From: Eledone cirrhosa
Taxonomy: Eukaryota
Reading direction: 5' to 3'
Length of the DNA stretch: 64,000 nt
NCBI GenBank assembly: GCA_964016885.1
Contig: OZ024741.1
Location: 363,692,001 to 363,756,000, forward strand
The translations under genes were made by a program, and so were the position numbers. Of this stretch, positions 36,076-48,649 are shown piece after piece (the first letter of the stretch is position 1; every line of letters begins with the position of its first letter). The notes below the pieces were generated by a model. That model ran no database searches, had not been told where the DNA came from, and saw nothing but the letters and a program-made list of their open reading frames with translations.

Positions 36076-38559
36076 TTAATTGTAAGTTGTGATGTTGCTG
36101 TTCCACTCATATTTTCTATTTAATTTTGGTTGTAATTCTTTTATGTTTATTGCCTCTGTAATTTGTCTAAACATTGCGTCTTTTCTGTGTGTAGATTCTA
36201 TTTTTATTTCTATGTTCTTTAATTTACCCTTGTGTTCTATTTTAGCATGTTGGTAGAGTACAGATGATTCTTTACTATCTTGAAGGTCTCGCCAGTGTTC
36301 ATTTATCCGTTCTCCTACACTACGAGCTGTCTCACCTATGTACACTATATTTTTGTCTCTACATTGTCCTTCAGTACATCTTATGCTATACACTACATTT
36401 CTAGTTTTGCAGTTAATATGGGGGATTATTTTACAGGTTATACATTTCTTATCTATACATGAGGGTCTTTGAAAAGGGTATGTCTTGCTAATAAGTGTTT
36501 TTACGGAGGTACCTGGTCTTTCTACTATCTTAATATTGAGTTTATGTTTGTTTAGGGCCCTTCTAAATTTGTAAGCTAATTCATCTCTAGGGGTTGTATC
36601 GATGAACATTACACTCTGGTATTTATTGCTATCATACCATGAGTTTATTCTATTAGCCTTGTTCCTAGTTCTTTCTATTCTATTCCAAAATTTGCTCCTA
36701 TACAAGGGGCAGGTCCCATTTATGTCATTATTTACCATTTTTTCCCATTTGGTTCTGGCTCCTCTATACACTCTGATTTTATCTCTCTGATTGTAGCCAG
36801 AGAACTGCATACGGTGGATGAAGTGTTGTATGTGTGTCTCTAGTTCTTCGGGGTTGCACATGCGGGACACGTTTCTCATCACCCGTACCAAATCCGCAAT
36901 CAGTATGTTGATTTTGGTATGGTCCGAAACGGCCGAGTTTCGGTGGATCAGATGTTTGGAAGTCATGGGTTTGGCATAATGGGAATGGAGGATTTGTTTT
37001 TTGTTGTTAATGGTATCTAATCAGAGCTCTGTGTCTAGTACAGGTAATCGATGGTTGGGGTGTTTACTTGGGTAGTCTATAGTAACTCTAATGCTCTGGT
37101 GGATGGAGTTTGCTATTTGCTGGATGCTTTCCATTGTGTTTTTCTCTAGTTCCTGACTGTTCTCTAGTGGGGGTGTCTTAACTACGATGTTTATATCATC
37201 AACGTAGCGGGAGTACATTATCAGGGTTAAGGGGTCTTCTAATTGTTCTTTAAGTTTAAGTTTAAGTCTACTGTCGCACCATACCATGAATAAGTTAGCT
37301 ATGTCGCCTGCAATGCTAACACCAATGGCTGCTCCTTCCTCTTGGGCATATGTTTTTCCATTAAATTTGAACATATGTTCCTTAAGGGTTAGTTTTATGC
37401 TGGCCCCTACCGCATGTGCAATCATTTTCTTCAGTTCATCGTGGTTTTCGGGTGTCCATATGGCTCTGGTCCACCCGTTCCATCTATCTGTGTGGGTTTT
37501 CTTGGCCATTGAGGTAATGGTAGGTGGTCTGCCTCTTGCTGGTCTTGTAGGGAACAGGTTGCTAAGGTCATATGTGTCTAGGTAATTATTACTATAGGTA
37601 AGCTTAAGTAGGAGTCTCAGCTCACTGGTATCAATCCCACGGAATTCAACCTTGCTCTCACTGATTATTTCTACGCATTTCTCCACAGCAAAATCCACGT
37701 CAATAGATGGATACAGGGACACAACATCCATACTGCCTATTATGCAGTTTGTTAGGTCCCTAGATCGGTTACACACGCCGATTTTGCTGAGGAGGTCCTC
37801 CGTGCAGTCACATACATCTGGGGACATTTCAATGATGGGGCGTATGATCAGGGAGAGGAAGTAGGACAGTCTGTAGTTACTAGCAATGTTAGCTCCACAG
37901 ACTGGCCGTGTTGGTGGTCCCGCGACAGGGTCACAGCCCGTTTTTTGGTCTTTTCGAAGCCCATACAACGCCGGCACGTCATTGTTCCAGGCCTGGAAGT
38001 TGTTGGCAGTCCTTTTGTTGGGCTGCATTATATTCGTCCACATCACCATATGGGCATTGAGGGCTTTTTCTCTATCCTCATGCTCCTGTGGTGTTACCTC
38101 TCTTGTGTTAGTGATGTGGGATTGCATTGCCTGGATGTAGTTTGGCAGGCTGTCAACCGACATTCTGCCAGACTTGTCTGTTGGAAAGCATGCTATCTCT
38201 CCATTACGCGAGCGCTGCATAAGCTTACGCAAGCCATTTGCAGATTTTTCTCCCAGTTGCTGGGCCTCCATTCTATTATGCTTCTTGCTATACTGTTCTA
38301 TAATATTTCTAAGTTCGGATCTAGCTATACTAAATTGTGCTTCTGTTTGTTCATCGACCTGCGACGGCAATTGCATGCGTTTGTTAAATGGTAAAGTCGT
38401 GGCGTGGACTCGTCGCAGGTCGAACGATTTATCGGAGGGATTATAAAACGTAGAGTTCCCGGCTGCTGCTTTATGTGTATTAGTGCTATTGTTATTGTTA
38501 GTTGTGTTGTTTCTATTTCTATTTCCACCAACAGCCTCCTGGTTGTTTCTGTCTCTCAT
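36076..38559 (-). pseudogene. PLE RT-EN ORF with a single in-frame TGA at 37021
   Basis: ORFs 37021..38559 and 36076..36966 are in the same frame. Confidence 0.85.
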
Positions 38560-38857
38560 AATTACTCCTGTCTCTTTCCACTGGCTGATTGTTGTTATCT
38601 ACCCTATTTTGTGTGTCTGTGTGTTCGTCTTGGTTATTCTCTTTGTCCTTAGTCTCCCTTCTCTTTTTAATCCTATTACTTTCCCTTATTTCTGTGATTT
38701 CTGTGCTACTGTCATTACTTGTTTTCTGTGTCTGTGTGTTTGTTAAGATTGTGGTGGTGGTGAGAGGCATTGAATGTGTGTGTGTTGTTGTTGTTGATGT
38801 GTGTTGTTGTTGATGTGTGTTGTTGTTGTCTCCGTGTGTGTTGTTATTGCTGTTTGT

Positions 38858-39215
38858 GTCAGTAGGCATCTCTAATAAAATACCCCCCCCCCACCCATCC
38901 ACACCGCCCCTTTCAATGTAAAGTTATGTTGGTGCCACAACGTCCAGGCCGAAACAAATGAGATCGTGTAGGTGTCACGACAAAAAATACACAGTCCACG
39001 CTGTAATGTGGCCGTGTAGGAAACACGGTAAAAACCTCCCAGCCCCACACTGTAAATGTGGTTGGTGTTAGGAAGGGCATCCAGCTGTAGAAAACCCGCC
39101 AGACAATCCTATGCGAGCAAGACAATCACTGTTGCCTCAAGTGGGAAAACCCCCGTCCAAACCCATGCAAGCGTGGAACACGGACGTTAAACGATGATGA
39201 TGATGATGATCATGA
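38858..39215 (+). mobile_element. RTE family A 3' UTR fragment with (GAT)n tail
   Basis: Aligns with 51691..52060. Confidence 0.9.
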
Positions 39216-39233
39216 TATATGTATATATATATG

Positions 39234-39491
<258 letters not shown>

Positions 39492-39981
39492 ATGGAAAAA
39501 TTTGAACAGGGACAAAAAAGAGAGGCAGTACAACGAATGTTTATTAATTTCCCGCTTTGGAGAGTGGGGTGTTGGTGGGGGACGACGTTTCGGGCATAAG
39601 CCCTTCCTCAGGTGAGAAGTGTGTGGGAACAGAGTTCAAAGAGTGTGTAGGGGAAAGGTGGAGAGACATATAGCGAAAGGAAACGGTGCGAATGAAAAAA
39701 ATAAAAATAAAAATAAAAATAAAGCATGATCAAAATACAAGGAATGAAATACATTTAAATATAAAAGCATGATCAAAATAAACGGAAATTAAAAGGGGGG
39801 TAAAACAGGTGGTGGAAGGGTGTGGGGTGTGTAGGGGTGGTGGCGGGTGGAGTGGGGAGAGGGAGACGGGGTGTCCGAGCGGGGAGGGCTGAAGGTGGTG
39901 TGTGTGTGTAGGTGTACGTGTGTGTGTGTGTATGTGAAAGTAAGGGTTGGGGGAAAAACGCGGTTGCATGTTCAGGAAGAT
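39492..39981 (-). mobile_element. Orphan PLE-type pLTR fragment
   Basis: TA-flanked island carrying a minimal HHR. Confidence 0.55.
39582..39613 (-). ncRNA. Minimal hammerhead ribozyme
   Basis: ac-CTGAGGA-a-gggc(ttat)gccc-GAAA-cg-TC-gt; palindromic stem III ACGT. Confidence 0.75.
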
Positions 39982-40044
39982 GTATACATATATATATATA
40001 TATGTATATATTTATATATATGTATGTATATATATATATATATG

Positions 40045-40083
<39 letters not shown>

Positions 40084-40205
40084 TTATATATATATATATG
40101 TATATATATATATCTATATGTATATATATATAAATGTATATATTTATATATATATATGTATAAATATATATATATATATGCATATATATAAAAATGTATA
40201 TATAT

Positions 40206-42745
40206 AAAAATACAAGAAAACTAATGAAGCTACACTTAAAAACATCAACAACTCGGCATGTGAAATTGTTAAAAAACTTTGTATTGACGATAGAACGCAA
40301 CCCTTAACACCAGCTACACCATCCTTCAACCTGAAAGACCACAAGGTAAACTTCGATACTGACCCTAAAATTAGACTTATATGCCCCTCTAAATCTGATA
40401 CAGGCAAAATTAGCAAATATATACTAGACAGAATTATCCCCCAAGTTAAGGCTAAAGTAGATATTAAACTATGGGGTAACACCCATGAGGCAATAAGATG
40501 GTTTAATAGCATTACTGATAAGAAAAAAAATCAAAATTTATTCGGTTCGATATTGATGAATATTATTTCTCAATTTCACCTGATACTCTGCATGAAGCTC
40601 TTTCGTTCGCTAAGGCTAATTCCGACCTTACGGATGCTGAAATTAATATTATTATGGAAGCGAGGAAAACTATTGTTAAATTTCATGATAGCTACTGGGT
40701 TCGCAAAGATAGACCTTCTAATTTTGATATTACTATGGGTTCCAATGATTCGGCGGAAGTAACTGATCTTGTGGGAATTTATATCACCCACAGACTACAA
40801 GGAAAATTCAAGGATCTCCACGGTGGAATCTACCGTGACGATGCGCTCCTATTAGTTAAGCATATGAATAACCAGAATTTAGAAAGGATGCGTAAAAATA
40901 TCAGAAAGCTTTTTAAGGAACTAGGATTAATATTACATTTGAATATAACCTCAAAGAGGTTAATTTCCCTGATGTTACTTTGAATCTCAATACAGAAACG
41001 ATTAAACCGTTCCATAAACTAAATGATAACCTTAAATATGTAAATACGGGTTCTAACCATCCACCCTCTATAATTAAATCCATCCCTAGAAATATTTCCC
41101 TTAGAATCTCCCGCCTGTCGTCCAACCAGCAAACCATCAAAGAACATGCCGAATATTATGATGATGCACTTAGGAAGGCTGGACACCTAGATAATATAGA
41201 GTATATAGTCGACGATCACCAAAACCCCCAAAATAAATCTCATAGAGGTAGAAATAGCATAGAATCACCACCATACATACACTACCGCAATAGACACACT
41301 AATAGTCGCACACCACCAAACAGAAGGCGATGTAAAGAGTATATATGGTACAACCCGGTCTATAACAACTCTATTAAAACCAATCTACCCTCACAATTCT
41401 TTCGATTAGTTAAAAAACACTTTCCAACATCACATAAATATAATAAAATCTTAAACCCTAACACTATTCGACTTTCATATTCAACCGCCCCTAATATTGA
41501 ACAACATATAAAAAAGCTTAACGCAAAACGGTTGTATAAACGCCTTCCAACACATAACAATACACGTAAAACATCGGCTATAACATCACAAAACAACAAA
41601 CAACATCCCGTCCTACCTAAGCAACCTCATCAACCCATCCATGCCAATACAACAACGCAAAATTATAACTGTAACTGTGTCCAACCAGGAATGTGTCCGT
41701 TGAACAATCAGTGTCTTGAACGCAACATCATATACAAATGTACTATCGAATCGGATAGCCAGAAGTGGTACTATGTGGGGTCTACAGCTACCTCCTTCAA
41801 ATCTTGCCTTTATAGACATCGTTACTCAATAAAACATGAAAACCAGCGTTATGTAAACAACACTCGCAGACAAGGCTTGGCAGCTGCGCGAAAATAACCA
41901 ACAATTTAACCTAAAATGGGATATAATAGTGTCTGCCCCTGCATAAACCCACGGACAGGAATTTTGTAAATTGTGTAATATGGAATTATTTTGTATTATG
42001 AAATCAAAAAATATTTTTTTTAAATAACAGAATAGAGCGATCGTTATACTGTAACCATCGCTTGAAATCTACATTTTCATATTACAAACACTACCAGGAT
42101 TGAACGCCTGTCTCCATCTCCGTTTGATTGTCAAAATACATATTAACATTCTCTATGAGTCTTAATTCTATCAACTCTTTTATTCTTTACCATTTAATAT
42201 AAACTGCTATAGATAAAATGAGATTTCTTAATTCAATTCCCTAATGCATATACCAGCAGGCTACCAGCATTGTTGTTATTCAGTAGCAGTGAAAATCTCC
42301 CTCTTCCTTAATTGACACTTTATATCTATTAATACTACTACACCAAACGACCAGCCCAGTCCATTATTCAATTGGTCAAGTATAGATTAAAATAGGCACT
42401 CCCAAAAAATTCTTATTTAGATAAAATAAACCATATTGTATTCTCATTAGAAATCTTTTATATACTTGTTTACCAGTAAATTGAATAGCCATCTGTCATA
42501 TACTATCCCTCTCTTCTTCCTTTCTTACAACTAATATAAATACTTCAATTTTTCTGATTTTTTCCAATTTATCCAATATCTCTGAAGAATTGACAACTGA
42601 TTATACATTTGCTATCGAATACTTGCTAACATTATATGATTACGCAAGCAGCGATACATAGGTATTCCGTCTGTTACAGAAACATATGTCAATACCTAAT
42701 AAATTCCTTTATAAAAGCACTTTTATTTTATATTCATCTTTTCTA
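40206..42745 (+). mobile_element. 5'-truncated, frameshifted Penelope/Poseidon-type PLE
   Basis: LKDHK, FDITMGS, GIYRDDAL, SNHPP, WYNP, CNC..CPLNNQCL, YYVGST. Confidence 0.88.
42577..42694 (+). ncRNA. Degenerate long-stem-II hammerhead-like motif
   Basis: CTGAAGA(42582)...GAAA-catatg-TC with palindromic stem III; stem I poor; same position as the 34530 motif, before aataaatt. Confidence 0.4.
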
Positions 42746-42757
42746 TGTATATATATG

Positions 42758-42794
<37 letters not shown>

Positions 42795-42814
42795 GTATAT
42801 ATATATATATATAT

Positions 42815-43021
<207 letters not shown>

Positions 43022-43226
43022 ATGTGTATATATATGTATGTATATATATGTATATATATGTGTATATATATATATGTATATATATGTATGTATATATATG
43101 TATATATATATATATGTATGTATGTATATGTATGTGTATATATATATGTATATATATATATGTATGTATGTATATATATATTTGTATGTATATATGTATA
43201 TGTATGTATGTATGTATATATGCATA

Positions 43227-43830
43227 TGTCAGGTCACCAGTTGGTGGTACTGGTAACATATATCCCAGTACAACCTGTCCCATGGTCGGGTCGTTGGCGA
43301 CTAAACTGGCAACCCCACCAAGGTTTCTTGGTGAGGAGGGTGACTTTGGAAATCCTGCAGGACTAAAAACAAAACCTGTCAAAGGGCAAAGGAGCTGTTA
43401 AGAGTCAATGGCCATCCAAAATCACAGGGAGAGATGAGCCCTTAGCCTTTGTCAAGGCAGAATTCTAGGAGAAGGAAAACTGATATAACACCTGCAACCC
43501 TGATGGTATCCAATGATGTTGACTTGTTCTTTTTGGTAAATATCATCTTGGTTAAGAGAGTGGGACTGGCTTTGTGCAGTGCCTTTGCTCACTATAAAAG
43601 CTTCACGGCACAGGCATTGCTTTATATCTGAAGATCTCTCTGCACTTGTCGTCACATGGTACCATGGGCCCAGCACTATGTGTCAATAATTGTCGCAAGT
43701 GTAGTGTTTGTACCAGAGTTTTCAAATCGCTGGCTGGACAAAAAAGTCACACTCGTTCAGCGCATCAGTAGGGGTTCTCCTATATGGATATAAAGTAGTG
43801 GCCGTACTCGAAAACGAGTTGACAGCCACC

Positions 43831-43831
<1 letters not shown>
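43227..43831 (+). mobile_element. ~610-bp non-coding retroposon, full-length copy
   Basis: Aligns end to end with 11277..11887. Confidence 0.8.
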
Positions 43832-43902
<71 letters not shown>

Positions 43903-44085
43903 GTATATATATGTATATGTATATATGTATATATGTATATGTATATATGTATATGTATATATGTATATATGTATATGTATATATGTATATGTATATATGT
44001 ATGTATATATGTATATGTATATATGTATATATATATATGTATATATATATATGTATATATATGTATATATATATGTATATATATG

Positions 44086-44117
<32 letters not shown>

Positions 44118-44209
44118 TGTTTATATATATATATATATATATGTGTGTATATATATATGTATATGTGTATATATATATATATATGTATATATGTATATAT
44201 GTATATATG

Positions 44210-44262
<53 letters not shown>

Positions 44263-44359
44263 GTATGTATATATATATATATGTGTATGTATATATATAT
44301 ATATGGATATATATATATGTATATATATATGTATATATATATGTATATATATATGTATG

Positions 44360-44390
<31 letters not shown>

Positions 44391-44437
44391 GTATATATAT
44401 ATGTATATATATATATGTGTATATATATATATGTATA

Positions 44438-44524
<87 letters not shown>

Positions 44525-44532
44525 GTATATAT

Positions 44533-44749
44533 AACGAAGGAAATGTGGTAAGGAACCAGGTGGACCATAACGCACCAAAGTACTCAATACTTGAGGTAGT
44601 AGAGTGGGTAATAGGAACCAGTAAGACCTCGACAGCTGAGCTCAAGCCGTTTCGACGGCTAATTCTGGACCTTATTAGGTCCAATTCAGGTTCAGAATTA
44701 GCCGTCGAAACGGCTTGAGCTCAGCTGTCGGGGTCTTACTGGTTCCTAT
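44533..44749. mobile_element. Miniature fold-back insertion of the 59691..61222 family
   Basis: Arms 44611..44672 / 44688..44749; left end matches 59691..59830. Confidence 0.8.
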
Positions 44750-44770
44750 ATGTATATATATATATATGTG

Positions 44771-44819
<49 letters not shown>

Positions 44820-44820
44820 G

Positions 44821-44851
<31 letters not shown>

Positions 44852-44942
44852 ATATATGTATGTATGTATATATATATGTATGTATGTGTATATATATATA
44901 TGTATATATATATATGTATGTATATATATATGTATATATATG

Positions 44943-44973
<31 letters not shown>

Positions 44974-45225
44974 GTATATATGTATATATGTATATATATA
45001 TGTGTATATATATATTTATATGTATATATGTATACATATATATGTATATATATATATGGATGTATATATATGTATGTATATATATATATGTATGTATATA
45101 TATATATATGAATGTATATATATATGTATGTATATATATATATGTATGTATATATATATATATGTATATATATGTATATATATATGTATATATATATGTA
45201 TATATATATGTATATATGTATATAT

Positions 45226-48200
45226 GTCCTGGCTATGACATTAAACTACATCCAGTGGCAAGGCTCCAGTTCGGGAGTTCAGGAGATGTGGGGAATGTGG
45301 AGTTACCCCTTAGTTGTCATGACTCCCAGGTCTGCCCTGGCCCGGGGTGGTAGTACCTGTTAGGGCTCCATTTATGGGTTAAATAACTACCTTATTCGAG
45401 TGGCGCCGGTAAGGTATTGTCAGCCATTGAAAAGAAATATGGAGAGTCGATCTAACAGCACTAGGGTTAGAGCCCCTAATTACACTGTCAAGGAGCAGCC
45501 TGGTCGTTATGACTCTGCTGGCTTAGAGCCACAGAGAGGGCCAGTGGATGATGGATCAGCTGTCTCTGAGACAAATATAAAGAATGCAGTTTTGTCCTGC
45601 AGAAGAGCCATCAAAATGGGCACTTTGAATGTGAGGACTATTCGAACGCTGGAGAAGAGAGAGGAGTTGGGACATCTGTTCGAGGAGAGTGGTATACAGA
45701 TACTTGCGATCCAAGAACACAGGATTCTACACGATGAGCCCGTGAGGAGTGTGATGATCGGGAGGAAGAGCCAGCTCATCACTACATCGGCAGTGAAGAA
45801 CACAACAAATGCTGCAGTAGGAGGAGTGGGTTTTGTGTTCAGTGCAAAAACCAATCTGTTGGTGAGGGAAATAATGCCTATCTCCCCGCGAGTGTTGAGG
45901 GTGACCTTCAATGGAAACCCAAGACTGACAGTCATCTCAGCCTATAGTCCAACCGATGGGGACAGTGATGTGAATGCCGAGGAGTTCCATGAGGAGGTGT
46001 GTAGAGCTGTCAACACCACTCAGGCACACAATATCCTGCTTGTTTTGGGGGACTTCAATGCACATCTGAGTAAGGAGGGCAGTGAAGATCCTTGCTGGTA
46101 CTTCCATAACAACACCAACCGAAATGGAAGACTACTGAGAGACACCCTCCTGGAGGCGAACTTGATGGCGACCAACCTAAGGTTTAGGAAGAATCTGGGG
46201 AAGATGTGGACCTACATCTCAGATATGCACCTGTCCAAGTCCCAGATTGATTTCATTCTGGTGAGGAAAAAGTGGCGGAATAGTGTTCTGAACACGGAAC
46301 CATACAGCTATTTCAGTACACTGGGTAGTGACCACCGGCTTGTTATGAGTGAGGTCCGCGTGAGCTTAAGAAAGAGCAAGGCTCAGCCCCGGAGAACAAT
46401 CTATGACTGGGGAGCTTTCAAGGAAGATGATAAGCTACAGGAGAGGTTCACAGTGGAAGTGAGAAACAGGTTTAGTGCTCTGTGTGGAGAGTCAGAGGAG
46501 AGAGAGATTGGATGGACTGAGGAGAGTGTGACGAGGAGGTACGGGCACTTCCCCAATGCAGTGGCGAAAGCAAGTGAAACCCTGGTGCCGAGGAAAAAGA
46601 ACAAAGGGAAGCACGTCAGTTCTGCAAACCCAAAAGTGTGTGCAGCTAGAGAACACCTGAAAGCTGCCAGGGACCAATTCTATGCTGATCCTACGGAGGA
46701 GAGGATGGAGACTGTGGAGGTGATGAGGGAAGAGCTCTGTACCGCTTACACTGAGGTCAGAGAGGAGGCACTGATAGAGAAGATCAGAAGTGTGGAGAGA
46801 GCGGTTGACAGATCTGGATGTAAGGAGAGCTGGATGATCATCAACGAGATCACAGGGAGGAAGAAAAGGTGTTCGAGTCAGATCCAGGGAACGGGGCCCG
46901 AGGATAGGAAGAAGAAATGGCTAGACCATTTTAGGACCCTACTAGGAGAGCCACCCTCCACAGCCCAGAGCACTGGGGAGATCAGGCGGCTGTTTGAGGA
47001 ACTGGATGTTGAGACAGAGCCCTTCACCAGAGAGGAGCTTCAGAGAGCCAAGAAGAAGATCAAGGAGGGCAAGGCTCATGGAGAAGATGGAGTGGCATCA
47101 GAGGTGATGAGGAGGTGTGATTTTGATGATATCATCTTGGGGTTCTGTAACGGGGCACTGGAGAAAGGAGTTGCCCCGAATCAGTGGAGGATCAGTAACA
47201 TCGTCCCAGTGCCAAAGAAGGGAGATCTCTCTAACACCAACAACTACCGGGGGATCTCACTGACATCACTTGTGGCAAAGACCCTCAACAGGATGATTCT
47301 TAACAGGATCCAGCCTGAGATGGAGAAGAAACTCAGGGACAACCAGAACGGCTTCAGAGAGGGTAGATCAACCACCAGTCACATCCTGATGCTGAGGAGG
47401 ATATTAGAGGGAGCTAGAGCAAAGTGCCTTCCTGCGGTCATGGTTTTCATTGACTTTAGGAAGGCCTTTGATTCTGTGGACCGTTACTGCCTGATGAAGA
47501 TCTTACAGGCTTATGGAATCCCCAAGAGGATAGTGGACCTGATATCACTGCTCTACACCAACACCAAAGCCCAAGTCATTACACCTGATGGGATGACAGA
47601 GTTCTTTGAGATACTGGCTGGAGTGCTCCAGGGAGATACATTGGCTCCCTACCTTTTTATCATCGTAGTGGACTATTGTATGCGCCTTGCACTGGAGAAA
47701 CACCAGGACACTGGCTTTACTGTAGCACCGGCTCAGAGCAGGAGAGTTGGGGCGAAAAAGATATCGGATGCTGAATTTGCCGACGACATAGTTTTGGTGA
47801 CAAATACAGTGAAGGAGGCAGAGGATTTGATGCGGGAGGTTGAGACTGTGTCGATGAGTGTGGGGCTGAGAATGAATGAGACTAAAACAAAATATCTGGT
47901 AGAGAATGTTGAGAAGCCAGAGGGGATCACTAATGTAGGCGGGAAGCCGCTGGAATTGGTTGAGGACTTCCTGTATTTGGGAGCAAAGATTGGGAATACG
48001 GAGGATGATGTGGTTGAGAGGAAGAGCAAGGCCTGGGCGGCGTGTCACAGCTTGAGATCGGTGTGGAAGTCGGACCTTCGTAGAGACCTGAAAATCCGCC
48101 TCTTCATTGCTGTAGTGGAGTCTGTGCTGCTGTATGGGTCTGAGACTTGGACACTGACCAAGAGACTCACTCAGATGGTGGATGGGTGCTACACGAGAAT

Positions 48201-48532
48201 GCTGAGGATGGCTCTGAACATTAATCAGTATACACTGAGGATGAAAAACTCAGAGCTGTATGGGAGCATCCCAAAAGTCAGCTCAAATGTGACACAGAGG
48301 AGACTGAGGTTGGCTGGACATGCTCACCGACATCCAGAGTTGACATTGCACTCAGTGCTCCTTTGGGAGCCCCTACATGGACACACTAGAAGAGGAAGAC
48401 CAAGGTTAACATATGTTGATGCCCTAAGGACAGACACTGGTCTGTTGGAGATGCAGGATATGGCAGCGATAATGAGGGACAGAGACCGCTGGAGAGAACT
48501 CGTCCATGGATCTCGGGAATTTTACCCGCCTT

Positions 48533-48535
<3 letters not shown>
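45226..48535 (+). mobile_element. Apparently intact RTE-clade LINE (family B)
   Basis: Short 5' leader plus a single ORF; stop codon abuts (AT)n. Confidence 0.92.
45400..48534 (+). CDS. APE endonuclease + reverse transcriptase (first ATG at 45439)
   Basis: [72 protein letters not shown]; 1044 aa with no stops. Confidence 0.95.
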
Positions 48536-48626
<91 letters not shown>

Positions 48627-48649
48627 GTGTATATATATATGTATATATA

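Larger units (their letters stand above)
35637..38857 (-). mobile_element. PLE (RT + C-terminal GIY-YIG), 5'-truncated
   Basis: PTDKSG, TRPVCGA, GSMDVVSLYPSID, RYVDD, YIGETARS; pLTR shared with 15210..17294. Confidence 0.9.

Noticed and set aside
37021-37023. In-frame TGA in the PLE ORF as selenocysteine
   Set aside because: It sits where Trp is expected (LD..W), so TGG>TGA is simpler; no SECIS was identified
44611-44749. Complete hammerhead in the mini fold-back
   Set aside because: Only the GAAA-stem III-GUC half is retained; the CUGA box is truncated away
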